A stretch of DNA of 64,000 nt from Octopus bimaculoides (Eukaryota). The translations under genes were made by a program, and so were the position numbers. Positions 13,341-25,099 of the stretch are shown here, one piece after another; position 1 is the first letter of the stretch, and the number at the start of each line of letters is the position of its first letter. Where the stretch lies: positions 36,022,303 to 36,086,302 of the forward strand of contig NC_068987.1 in NCBI RefSeq assembly GCF_001194135.2, given 5' to 3'. The notes beneath the pieces were generated by a model. That model did no database searches and was not told the DNA's origin. It saw nothing but the letters and a program-made list of their open reading frames with translations.

Positions 13341-13499
13341 CCTGGTATATCCGCATCTAATACTACTATAAAATTCTATTATAACTACATTTAACTATTT
13401 TCCTCGTAATTTTTTAGGAGATTACATACTGCGTGGGGGTTATAATTTTATATAGTTTTCATTTTATTATACGTAATGTTAAGCGTATGTCGGCATTTT

Positions 13500-14890
13500 T
13501 TCCTCTCACGACTGGAGTATTTTCATAAACTCTGTTGTGCATAATAAGCACATTTTATTACCTATTCTATATGACTTCGCTCTACAAATGATATTCCAAT
13601 TAAGGGTGTATTCTATTTTATTGGACTTCAACTCCCATATGTATTTACTTAAACCTGTCGAATTTCTTACTTTAAGATTTCTGAAGGACTGATAATGCTG
13701 GGAAATTCTTCTTTTAATTTCATTCGCTGTGAATCTTATATCTTCTTTCTTCTTATACTTATTATTAGAGGTTACTGTACGTTTATAAATTACGTTATCT
13801 AGGTTGCAATAATTATTAAGCCTACATTTGGATTTGTCTTTACATGTGCATTTATTTAAAATACGGTTATGTTTTTTGTTTGTTATATTTCTTCCATACC
13901 TATTGTTAATATTATTTAAATTGTTATCATAGAATATGTTTAATTTGATATTGTTTATTGGGGATATAATACTACTTAGATTTTTTGTTGTAGAATAGCC
14001 CACTTTGATAGTTTTGTTTGAGAATAATTTCGAGTATATTTTGTTCTTTTTAAGGAAGTTTTTATTATGTTCAGTATTTCTTTCATTATGTTAGTTTTGA
14101 TTATCCCATAAGGGAGAATTAATAATATAATTCCCTTAAGTTTATTATTATTATAATTAATATTACTAGTATTATAATTCTTCGTATTAATTTTTGTTCG
14201 TTGTCAGTGTATTCTTCGTGGGTATATAATAATTCTACTTATTTCCATTGGAATTATTTTTGGTATTATCCTTACTATGATCATTTTTCTTATTATTCTT
14301 ATTTATACGTATATAATAATTATCTTTACTTACTTCCTTATATTGTTTATTGGTACCTTTGCTATTAATTCTAGATGATTACTAGTATTATTATTGGGTC
14401 CGTAATTATTATAGAATTTAATTTTCGTATTATATCCTGCTTCTTTTAATGCACTATTATAGTAAGAGGCATGCTTATTAAAAGTATCTATATCCGAAAA
14501 TATTATACAAATTCTTTCATCTATATTTTCTATAACTGCTTATTGACTAAGATAGGATGGTTGCTATGGGCATTAAAGCACTTAAAGTTCTCCTTTAATT
14601 TATGGAATGGTTGTCTTTTATAATTACTAAGTTTAGGTTTGCATCTATGTTCTTAACCACAGAATGATCTTTTGTAATGAATATATCTAAACCATATTTC
14701 TGAAAGAATTTGCATAGTTTTTCATTATATTTTCTAATGGTCTATTAGTGCACTTTTTATTTATAAGGTGTAGGTCGTCCCTATAAAGACCTCCTTCTAT
14801 GTTAAGATGTTTTAACCGAAGTTCAGATAATAGGTAAATTCCTATTAAATTTGTTATTTGTGCAGTCTGGGGCACCCATGGGTATATCAA
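13500..14890 (-). mobile_element. Penelope-like element (Naiad-type), degraded RT plus GIY-YIG endonuclease
   Basis: ORF 14687-14890 ...LIGIYLL...GGLYRDD (PLE RT motif). ORF 13506-14003 has CTCKDKSKCRLNNYC (CxCx5Cx5C), VIYK, RRISQHYQSF...STGLSKYIWELK and CLLC, typical of a GIY-YIG PLE C-terminus. Confidence 0.85.
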
Positions 14891-14932
14891 AGAATCCTAA
14901 AATAAGAGTTATGATCTCTTGGTAAAATCCCA

Positions 14933-14987
14933 AATAATAATATTAATAATAATAATAATAATAACAATAATAATAATAATAATAATA

Positions 14988-15075
<88 letters not shown>
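14933..15075. repeat. (AAT)n-(ATT)n head-to-head microsatellite (imperfect palindrome)
   Basis: Motif switches polarity at ~14990. Confidence 0.95.
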
Positions 15076-15081
<6 letters not shown>

Positions 15082-15189
15082 CACCTTCTATGAAGAAAAA
15101 TATACAGGTTTCCTAAGATAACTTACTTTAAAACATACTTTTCTGTCAGTGATTTTGCGGAATGTAAACCCGTGATACGTGATGGTTTC

Positions 15190-15335
15190 AGATGGCAGAA
15201 ACGTTAGCACGCGGGCGAAATGCTTAGTGTAATTTCGTCTACCACTACGTTCTGAGCTCAAATTCCGCCGAGGTACACTTTGCCTTTCATCCCTTCGGGG
15301 ACGATTAAATAAGTTACGCACTGGGGTCGATATAA
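15190..15335 (+). mobile_element. tRNA-derived SINE, family A, truncated
   Basis: GGCAGAAACGTTAGCACGCGGGCGAAATGCTTAG...CAAATTCCGCCGAGG...CTTTGCCTTTCATCCCTTCGGGG. Confidence 0.9.
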
Positions 15336-16165
15336 TCTTATATCTAAGGCAGCAGTTTTAGCATGGGTTTTCATAAGCTTAGCGTTTTCTGTGCTTGTTT
15401 CCTGTACGTCCAATTCAGGGTTTTTGTTGTATTTGGAATGCACTTAGATATTCATTTGCCTGTTATATTACTGAGTATGATGCTTTCTTGTTTTCATGCT
15501 TTAAGAAAGTTTTAACATCCAATCATCAGAGATTTTCAGTTATATGTTGTGGCCATTTGAGGCAATTTTCAGTGTTAATTCCAGTCGTAAAACTGTACGG
15601 CCAGCGTCTTTTTTTCTTTTTTGAGGTAAAGTCATTCTATATCTGCCTTAGTGTAGTGCAGTTTATGCATTGTCAACAATTTTCGTATTTTTCTGTCAAC
15701 ATTACATATTTCAGTAATTGAAGAGTTAATGATATTGAAACTGTAAGTCACGACTGGTATGGCTGAAATATTGATCGCTTCGATCCTGTTTCTTGCATTC
15801 AGCTCTGTCTTGAGTATTGCTCTTAACCTGCGACAACATTCTATTCTAATGCTTTCCCTCATCACTAAATTTTTCATACCGTCCCCTTCATATGCCCCTA
15901 GGTATTTGTAACTTTCTGCTGGTTCTCACTGCTTTATGAATCTTGGTCAAGATTAACGTTGGGTGTTTTAGTCATTTTTCATTCATAATGCTAACTTTTG
16001 CACATTTATCGAAGCCAAATTGCATCCTGAAGTCATCACTGAATTGTTTAACAAATGCTAGTAAGCCCTGTAGTTGTTGATCATTTTTGCGACGAGCTTT
16101 AAATCATTCATGTAAAAGAGATGATTTATATTTTTATCAAACATTTTATAATCATGCTGTACATC
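15335..16165 (-). mobile_element. R4/Dong-like retrotransposon RT/thumb fragment
   Basis: Minus translation INHLFYMNDLKL (YMDD motif decayed)...MQFGFDKCAK and ORF 15632-15877 RRLRAILKTELNARNRIEAIN..AIPVVTYSFNII...DRKIRKLLTMH. Confidence 0.85.
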
Positions 16166-16168
16166 ATC

Positions 16169-16176
16169 GAGCAATT

Positions 16177-16240
<64 letters not shown>
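16169..16240. repeat. (AG)n microsatellite
   Basis: Directly visible. Confidence 0.95.
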
Positions 16241-16243
<3 letters not shown>

Positions 16244-16818
16244 TAATGCTAGACAAAAGAGGAATGGTGATAGAGAGTCACCATGGAAAATGTCAAATAA
16301 ATTCTTACTTCTCCAGCATTGAGAAATTCATTGTCACTGTTCAAAGTCAGTGTGGTTTTCAATGATCTCATACTTACAGACAAGAAGTTAAGTAGAGTAG
16401 GTTCTATCTGATGCATTTCCAGACATTTCTTAATTCAGCTCTTGTGTCGTTTGTGACACTTTTAAAACATCATATTATTGAAGAGAAGGTGATATTTAAA
16501 ACCATGGGACCCACGCAGAATAGAATTAGTTCGAAGAGCTTACAGAATATTTAACATCAGGCGACTGCAATATTTAGGAACACTTGAAAGTTCAAATTTC
16601 AAAAAAATATTCTGAGTCTCCTACACCTTCAGTCATCAAACTAAATGAGGACAATTATATTTGTGAATTATTAACTCACGCCCTGGACGAATAACTAAAA
16701 TGACTGGTGAATTTGATTACGTCTACACAGAACTGTTTGACGTAGTATTCATTTTTCCTGTATTTTTTCTTTTTTTCCTCTTTAGTTTTTTCCTTTTCTG
16801 TTCTTTTCCTTTGACCAG

Positions 16819-16883
16819 TCATGAGAGAGAACACTGTTGGTGTAAATATGAACGCGGGGTTTCCTCGTTTATATTTTGAACAT
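16819..16883 (+). CDS. Possible plus-strand exon (xMRENTVGVNMNAGFPRLYFEH), product unknown
   Basis: Long polypyrimidine tract ending ttgaccag|, donor CAT|gtatgt, one open frame. No recognisable homology. Confidence 0.2.
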
Positions 16884-17007
16884 GTATGTTTCTGCGTTTT
16901 ATATTTCATTTTGAACCTGAAAAAGACAGGCGATGTATTGAAATATTATTCAAATCTATTAAAGTACACAATCCATTACGAATCGCATTGTGCGCTACAT
17001 ACTGTCT

Positions 17008-17020
17008 AATAATAATACTG

Positions 17021-17098
<78 letters not shown>

Positions 17099-17164
17099 TT
17101 AGTAATAGTAATAATAGTAATAATAGTAATAATAATAATAGTAGTAATAATAATAATAATAATG

Positions 17165-17250
<86 letters not shown>
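17008..17250. repeat. (AAT)n with AGT/GAT variants
   Basis: Directly visible; lies immediately 5' of the Dong-type fragment. Confidence 0.95.
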
Positions 17251-17275
17251 TGAACAACAATGATCATTAAGGACT

Positions 17276-17510
17276 TGCCTTAGGTATAATAAAAAATATT
17301 CAGACAAATACATAGCAAAAACACCAGGACTTACAAATATATATAACATACAGAAAATGGCACTACTGGGAACTGCACACATCCTACGCAAAACATTTTC
17401 AATGCAGTAACCATAAGAGCATCACAGCAAACCACAGCACATACCCAAGGCACACAGAGCTGCGCTCGGTAGTGAAGTGAAAGCACGTTATAAAAATAAA
17501 ACTACTGAAC
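17276..17510 (+). mobile_element. R4/Dong-like retrotransposon 3' end (AAT-tailed family), 5'-truncated
   Basis: Nearly identical to 57316-57550 and ~58068-58303, including 3' UTR ...CCCAAGGCACACAGAGCTGCGCTCGGTAGTGAAGTGAAAGCACGTTATAAAAATAAAACTACTGAA followed by (AAT)n. Confidence 0.9.
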
Positions 17511-17592
<82 letters not shown>

Positions 17593-17660
17593 GTGGTGAT
17601 GTGATGATGATGATGATGATGATGTTGATGATAGTCGTCATCATCATCATCATTATTATC
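17511..17660. repeat. (AAT)n-(GAT)n-(CAT)n compound microsatellite
   Basis: Directly visible; (GAT)n inverts to (CAT)n at ~17635. Confidence 0.9.
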
Positions 17661-18584
17661 ATTTCTTTTATTTACTAATTTACTACCTGGGCGAAGGATG
17701 AAAGGAGAATACATAGTCAGACATAAATCAATACCGCCACTTCAGCCCACACCATGGTCAAAACTAATATGTAAAATAACGTGAAGATGCCAAATGGAAA
17801 AAGAAGAAAATTGAAAGCAGCAATTACAGAAAAGAGATCGTAGGACAAAAGGCAAAGAAAAGCAATTCCAGCTGTCAATCGAAATCTCCTGCAAATTCCA
17901 CCGTTAATGATGCCACCAAAACAAATAACTCCGACACAAACATAAATTAAAAGAAAACCATCAAATCGAGTTCCATTGCTTTCGGCGATGCTAGATACGA
18001 AATGGTCGAGAAAACGTTTTTGTCGATTCAAAAAATGCTTTAAAATTGCAAAACCTATCCTAGAGAAATGTTGCCTAAATGTGACATTTAATATCTCAGA
18101 ATCATTCCATCAACATTCTAGCCTAAGGGTAATTATTTATTAAACAACAATTATGAAAAGTTTAAAAAATTAGAACAGATAACGCAGCAGCAGATGGAAA
18201 GGTGCTTCTAATTGCTCTAGGGCAATAAAACATATATAACAAGAGAATGATAGCGAGAAACATTAGAAGTGAGATTCTATACCGATGCTGATGTATGAAC
18301 CCATTCCACACCACCCTAACGAGGGATGAAATGGTCCTCCTATCAATTTAAATTCACCCTAGTGTATCTGAAATAAAAAGAAAATATTGAAACTGTCCCA
18401 AGAAATCAACATCTGCTGGTTGGAAGAGGCGGTACTCTTCGGCATAGACGGCAAAACTTATTGTCCGGCAAGGAGGTGGAGCAACTGATCCAAGTGGATC
18501 ACCGAATTATTCCTCCATTTGTTGCTGCTTATGATCCCGGTGCTATTAACATAGAGTAGAAAAAAAATATCGAAAAATTATCAA

Positions 18585-18790
18585 GGCGGCGAGCTGGCAG
18601 AAACGTTAGCACGCCGGGCGAAATGCTTATCAATATTTAGTCTGGTTTTATGTTTTGAGTTCAAATTCCGCCGAAGTCGACTTATCATTTCAGCGTCGAT
18701 AAATTAAGTACCAGTAGCGTACTGAGGTAGATCTAATCGACTGGCCCCCTCTCCCAGTATTTCGGACCTTGTGCCTAGAGTAGAAAAGAA
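18585..18790 (+). mobile_element. tRNA-derived SINE, family A, full length
   Basis: Head GGCGGCGAGCTGGCAGAAACGTTAGC, B-box-like GAGTTCAAATTCC, GTCGATAAATTAAGTACCAG, tail CTTGTGCCTAGAGTAGAAAAGAA. Confidence 0.9.
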
Positions 18791-19559
18791 CATGATGAAG
18801 ACAGAGCGACGAATAGTTAGAATGTAAAAATCCATGCGCGGATTCAGGCTATAAATATCATTGAAGGATCGTATCCAAAATGCGTTCATTCTAGAACGGA
18901 CTGGACCGAACAATACCACTGCTAGAACACAAAGCTAAAACAATCCGGTAGGTTGGAGATACTATGAAGCTGACAGATCTCATGTGGAGTCGAATAGCTC
19001 TCCAGCGGGATTCGCGAGATCGAAAGTGTACTGAAAGTTCTCGAAGACAATGAAAATACGGAACCAAAAGGCACAGTTTCAGGAAGACTTGAAGTACTTT
19101 GTAGCCAGCGTTCTATGCTGAAAGTCTGATCGATAGAGCAATAGATAAGTAAAGATTTGTGAGACAAATCTATGAGATTGAATAATTTTCGAGACAACTT
19201 CAACGTGAAACAATGAAGGCGAATTAATTGGGAATGAACTCCTGTATGCACACTCCAAAATTCTGGAATCTGCTAATCAACGCCTGTCATTTCTAATAAT
19301 ATAATTTCGTGAAAACAGAAAACAAGCTATTTTAGTACCTGTAAGTTCTGAAAATACTATTAGATTTCCCACAACAAATGAAGCTTTCTCCAACAAAAGA
19401 AATAATTCATCGTTTGTGTGCGAGTGAGTTGTTAGTTGTGTATATAATATATGCGTGTTTGTGAATAAATATATAGACATGAATAGATATATATACACGC
19501 AAAAATATAGACGTACATGTATATAAAAAGAGGATTGTCACTGTTTTCCACCACGACGA

Positions 19560-19809
19560 AATCAGATTACACACGCACACATATACATACACGCACACAA
19601 ACGCAGATAAATATAATTATGCATCTATTTATATGCATACATATGGGTGTGAACACATATATGTACATAAACATCTGTATATACACAGTATTATATGTGC
19701 ATCTATGCATGTATATGTGTGTGAGTGTGTGTGAGTGCCTGTGTGAGCATGTGTGTGAGTGTGTATGAGAGTGTGTGTGTGTGTATGTGTTGTGTACGTT
19801 TGCATTTGT

Positions 19810-19866
<57 letters not shown>

Positions 19867-19940
19867 TATATATATTTACATATATATATGTATTTTCATA
19901 TAAATATATGTATGTATATGTTTGTGTATGTATATATATA
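19560..19940. repeat. (CA)n/(TG)n/(TA)n mixed dinucleotide field
   Basis: Directly visible. Confidence 0.9.
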
Positions 19941-21210
19941 TCCGAACTTGAATGGATATGTGAGTATAGATATATACGTAAGAATATGCATATTGTCATT
20001 CCATTTCTTACTTAGACATCTGTTTTCAGATGTTAAAAATGATATAGGAGAATTGTAAATGTCATCTTTCATAATGAATGTAAAAACCAGCACACAACAA
20101 TAGCAGCTTTAACATATTATCTATTAGAAAATCAACAAAAGTCATGTTTTCGCAAGAATTCTTCCTCTGCTATTGTGGTAGAGTGCCAGAATCATCGGAA
20201 TGGCATATAAAATGCATACTTCTAGATGTATACGGACCATCACTTCGCTAGATCGAATGCCATCACACTCTATCTCGAGTCTCTTTGTTTCTTGTTCGAT
20301 AAATTCTCTGCTAGGAGATAAGTTAAATCGATTATACTATGAAACTAACTGTGTAGCCTTGCGCCTGTAATGAATTTATATTTCAATTTCTTTGTGATAG
20401 AAATGACTAACTTAGAGGACAATGTCGGATAATTTTCAAAGCCTTTCAGCATTAATAAACTTATCCAAATGCAGGAAATCTTTACTATAAAATGAATTAA
20501 CTTTGTATAAAATTCCATTTCATTTTAATAAAGTACATTAGGACTTCACACTGTAATTATTTCATGTGTTGCTTTCGATAGTAACAATTTCAATTTTATT
20601 AGAGTGCCAGCATTTAAGTACGCTTACCCATTACATACTATTCAGATAGTTTTCACTCAATTGTACCTGAAATTTATGCCTTATCACATATCGAAATGCA
20701 GTATACATTTATTCATACCTATTTCTGCATTTACTCATGTTGTGTCTACGAACCCAGGCGAAGAAGTAGGATCTCCCAAGACATATAAATAGAGGTAGTC
20801 TGGCCGTGGAAGGACTGTCGAGTAGCAGTCGAGTAGCAGTTGTGTAGTGGTTGAGCAGAGATCATCCGAAGGCGCTAGTTAGCAGTAGCTTGAGACATAA
20901 AAACTCAAGTTACTAAAGCGTAAACTCTAACACTTAAGCACCTGATTTTTTAATATATTACCTTAATTATTCCGCTAGGCTAAACAAACAAAACTATATA
21001 ATATCGAAGCATTCTTTTTTCTACAACCTTAGCTAAATTATATTTTTGTAAGGCGCAAACAACAAAAGTTCTCCAGTAAATCGGCTGTTTTTTTCTTTTT
21101 TTTTTCTTGCGTTGATATGAAGATTGTCATATCCACATTTGATCATGATATAAAACTAAATTTCAGGTATGAATATACCATTGGAACTGAATTCCACTTA
21201 TATGACTTAC

Positions 21211-21380
21211 GACATCGTGCAACCCAGTATATAACTTATTAATTTCTCGACAGGTATATAGATCCTAAATGCTACATTCTGAAACGTTTTCTGGAAATCG
21301 GTGATGTTATGCATGTTGCGCAGATCTTCATCTGTTACGTTGGTCATTTCGGTTGATTTACAAAATTTGCGGTGCACAAC
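21211..21380 (-). CDS. Candidate internal coding exon (VVHRKFCKSTEMTNVTDEDLRNMHNITDFQKTFQNVAFRIYIPVEKLISYILGCTM), product unidentified
   Basis: Minus strand catcaccttttttccag|GTTGTGCACC...CACGATGTC|gtaagt; 170 nt; only frame 0 is open; non-repetitive composition; two N-glycosylation sequons (NVT, NIT). Confidence 0.5.
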
Positions 21381-22154
21381 CTGGAAAAAGGTGATGGAAA
21401 AGTAGTTGATGTAATACATTACATTCATAAACAACAGTGGAGTTTTGGGGATTTTATAAATGAAGCACAACTGCCAGATTGCTTATGCCTACCAATATAC
21501 AGTTCCATTTTGAATTATTTGTTATTCTGGTTAAAAAATACCTAGGTTTTACCTTTTAGGTGTGACAAGATTTTTTCTGTTACATGAGTAAATAATGCGA
21601 TGTCAGAGGAAATGTTGTGGAAGTAAAATGTAGACGGCTGGTTTCAATTTATGTAAATTACTGATACATATTTTCTAAGCTCAATTCACGACAATAACGA
21701 ATATCAAATGCTAAAGAAACCATCCCTGTCACATCAAGAAGCTGAACTAAATCCATGAACTTGCAAACACTTTCTCGTCATATAGAGATAGTCGTCTATT
21801 TGCAATCTTGATGTTAGAAAGCAAATTATTTGCGATTCCAAACTGAATATTAATCTTCTAGGCTGTGTATTTGCTGATTACATCAAAGGCTTCATTCACG
21901 TCAACAAAAATAAAAGTTAGCGGGCTTTTGATGCTCTTAGCAATTCTTTATGATGCACATTAAGATAAATATGTGCATTATTTCTGACAATTTAAGTATA
22001 AATCCTGCCTGCTTTACATGAAAATTTCCATTCACCATTTTCAGCAAGTGCCACAAATATGCGTATGTATATATGTATGTGTATGTGAGTATTGGTCTGT
22101 GTGCGCGTGTCTCTCTCTCTAGTCTATATGTACACAAACATATATATGTATATG

Positions 22155-22192
<38 letters not shown>

Positions 22193-23954
22193 NNNNNNNN
22201 NNNNNNNNNNNNNNNNNNNNNNNNNNNNNNNNNNNNNNNNNNNNNNNNNNNNNNNNNNNNNNNNNNNNNNNNNNNNNNNNNNNNNNNNNNNNNNNNNNNN
22301 NNNNNNNNNNNNNNNNNNNNNNNNNNNNNNNNNNNNNNNNNNNNNNNNNNNNNNNNNNNNNNNNNNNNNNNNNNNNNNNNNNNNNNNNNNNNNNNNNNNN
22401 NNNNNNNNNNNNNNNNNNNNNNNNNNNNNNNNNNNNNNNNNNNNNNNNNNNNNNNNNNNNNNNNNNNNNNNNNNNNNNNNNNNNNNNNNNNNNNNNNNNN
22501 NNNNNNNNNNNNNNNNNNNNNNNNNNNNNNNNNNNNNNNNNNNNNNNNNNNNNNNNNNNNNNNNNNNNNNNNNNNNNNNNNNNNNNNNNNNNNNNNNNNN
22601 NNNNNNNNNNNNNNNTATATATATGTATATATATAACATATTCATATATATATATATATATATAATAAATATATGTATGTATTTACAGTTATATCATTCC
22701 TCCGATCTTCTTGCATTCACAGAGAACACTGATACCATGAAGGTAAAGGCAGCATTCTTTAAGCTGTCATGAACAATTTAAATCTCCAAGATTAGCCAAA
22801 ATCACATAACAGCAGTTAAAACAGTAACGCTGACAGTTTGAACGCCATCTACTAATATAATCTAAAATTTAAAATGCAATATTTTTTGTTCTTGTTTTAT
22901 TGTCACATAACATATTGCTAAATATTTTAGTAAAGTGAAATGTGGCAGCTGCATCATTCATGCTTTCCTAGTGCCATAACTAAATAGTAGTGCTGTATCA
23001 AGTACACAACGCTGAGTTATTAAACAGACTAAGGAACATTTGATATACATTACATCAAGTAACATTCACCTATGGTATTTATGTGTCCAGATTTCTCTCT
23101 GTCGACCATAAATACATATGAGGTATACAAAATCCACATTATAATCTGCTATTTCTTTTTTCATTGAGGGCGATAAAGATATCACCGATCACACAATGAA
23201 AGGTATTCGTCTTCCTTGATCCTTTATCTCTCTGATTCACAAAGAAATTATCGTTGGTCGGCATTTGACTTCTCGGCGCATGCATGATATATCAGGGTTT
23301 TTGACTTTCTTGGTTCTTAGTCTAATGGTTCGTCACTTTTTCTAGCTCGGTTCTCAGTAGAGTTCTACAATGATCGAATCATCGTATGTAATAAGACTTT
23401 AAAGTATCTCATTGTCTATTTTAAGTATAGTCGGTTACACCAATCCTGTCTTGGGTGACTGAGGTATGGAGCTGGCCAGAATATTTCACATGTATTTCAA
23501 GTGAACCATGGGAGGTGAATATTAGTGGCAAAAGGTTTATGAAAAGAAGGACATCTCAGTTGGTGCAAACAAAACTATTAGACCCCATGGTACACCGTAT
23601 CTCCGATTCTCTGAAAGTCATTCAATCACTGAGATTACTAAGCTGTCGTTTTCATATCTTTGTTAACTTTTAATTAGTAACTACATAATTTCCTCTCTTA
23701 ATTGTAATATTGATTAATTAAAATTATTTAGATCAACCCATTAAATATACTTGACTGAGAGCGTAATATCCAAGTATCATTCATTGAACCTAATCACTAG
23801 AGCGTTAATAAGTTTTTCATTCCTTCATTATACAACTGAACAAAGATTGTATTTAGCGCACTTTTCGGCTTATAACCAGTCAACTTATCTGTATACCCAC
23901 CAGGACTAATTATAAATAACTACCCATATACCCGGGCGCGCAAATGTATGGGTG

Positions 23955-24080
23955 CAGGCATGGTGTGTGGTAAGGAACTTTGCTTTGTATGTACCAGGTT
24001 ATAGAGTAGCAACTTCAGCAAGTGTCTTCTATTGTAACCCCGGAGCGACTAAATCATTTCCACTGGATTTAGTAGGCGGA
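23955..24080 (+). mobile_element. CORE-type tRNA SINE (family B), degraded
   Basis: GGCATGGTGTGTGGTAAG head; GCAAGTGTCTTCTA...GGATTTAGTAGGCGGAAATTGAAA matches the copies at 30720 and 35335. Confidence 0.6.
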
Positions 24081-24103
24081 AATTGAAAATTATCACACAC
24101 ACA

Positions 24104-24159
<56 letters not shown>

Positions 24160-24706
24160 NNNNNNNNNNNNNNNNNNNNNNNNNNNNNNNNNNNNNNNNN
24201 NNNNNNNNNNNNNNNNNNNNNNNNNNNNNNNNNNNNNNNNNNNNNNNNNNNNNNNNNNNNNNNNNNNNNNNNNNNNNNNNNNNNNNNNNNNNNNNNNNNN
24301 NNNNNNNNNNNNNNNNNNNNNNNNNNNNNNNNNNNNNNNNNNNNNNNNNNNNNNNNNNNNNNNNNNNNNNNNNNNNNNNNNNNNNNNNNNNNNNNNNNNN
24401 NNNNNNNNNNNNNNNNNNNNNNNNNNNNNNNNNNNNNNNNNNNNNNNNNNNNNNNNNNNNNNNNNNNNNNNNNNNNNNNNNNNNNNNNNNNNNNNNNNNN
24501 NNNNNNNNNNNNNNNNNNNNNNNNNNNNNNNNNNNNNNNNNNNNNNNNNNNNNNNNNNNNNNNNNNNNNNNNNNNNNNNNNNNNNNNNNNNNNNNNNNNN
24601 NNNNNNNNNNNNNNNNNNNNNNNNNNNNNNNNNNNNNNNNNNNNNNNNNNNNNNNNNNNNNNNNNNNNNNNNNNNNNNNNNNNNNNNNNNNNNNNNNNNN
24701 NNNNNN

Positions 24707-24762
24707 CGGAATCTTGGGGTCTGCAGCCCGCGCTCTTAACCATTACGCCATATGCACCCCGA
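24707..24762 (-). repeat. Inverted duplicate of the tRNA-like head of the adjacent SINE-like element
   Basis: Reverse complement GCATATGGCGTAATGGTTAAGAGCGCGGGCTGCAGACCCCAAGATTCCG aligns to 24770-24817; runs into the N gap. Confidence 0.9.
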
Positions 24763-24764
24763 AC

Positions 24765-25060
24765 TCGGGGCATATGGCATAGTGGTTAAGAGCGCAGGCT
24801 ACGAACCCAAGATTCCGAGTTCGATTCCAGGCCGTGACCTGAATAATAATAATAATAATAATAATAACAACTTTCAAAAATATCTTAAGAATGAGAAACC
24901 TGGTTCGAAATTTCCCTAGGACACTTGATGAAGGCTGGATGGTATATCAGCTGAAGCGTTGTGTTTACAACATACAAGATGCGACAAATAGCCGTCAAAT
25001 GTAAATACTGTACATAATTCTTCATCTCTTAAATATAGAACTAGACTTCTTTCAGTTTGC
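24765..25060 (+). mobile_element. tRNA-headed SINE-like element (family C) with internal (AAT)n and a hammerhead-like motif
   Basis: A box TGGCATAGTGG, B box GAGTTCGATTCC, (AAT)n at 24842-24870, then a degenerate hammerhead at 24921-24966. Confidence 0.75.
24921..24966 (+). ncRNA. Degenerate minimal type I hammerhead ribozyme motif
   Basis: ACAC-tTGATGA-aGGCTG(gatggtatat)CAGCT-GAAg-CGTT-GTGT. Stem I ACAC/GTGT, stem II GGCTG/CAGCT, near-palindromic stem III (AGCGTT versus canonical AACGTT). Two core substitutions, so this copy is probably inactive. Confidence 0.55.
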
Positions 25061-25099
25061 ATCTACCAAATCCAGTTACAAACATACATGTATATATAC

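Noticed and set aside
16886-17714. Poly-I/L/N ORFs here and at 14919-15116, 38682-39005, 52775-53065, 58297-58506 and 62232-62765
   Set aside because: These are translations of trinucleotide microsatellites.
22073-24773. Long ORFs spanning N runs (also 1674-2088, 32509-33151, 35763-36790, 42834-43202, 44991-45336)
   Set aside because: Open only because of assembly gaps and dinucleotide repeats.
24770-24835. Genuine tRNA gene
   Set aside because: A and B boxes are present, but no acceptor stem closes and no T-run terminator follows; it is a SINE head.
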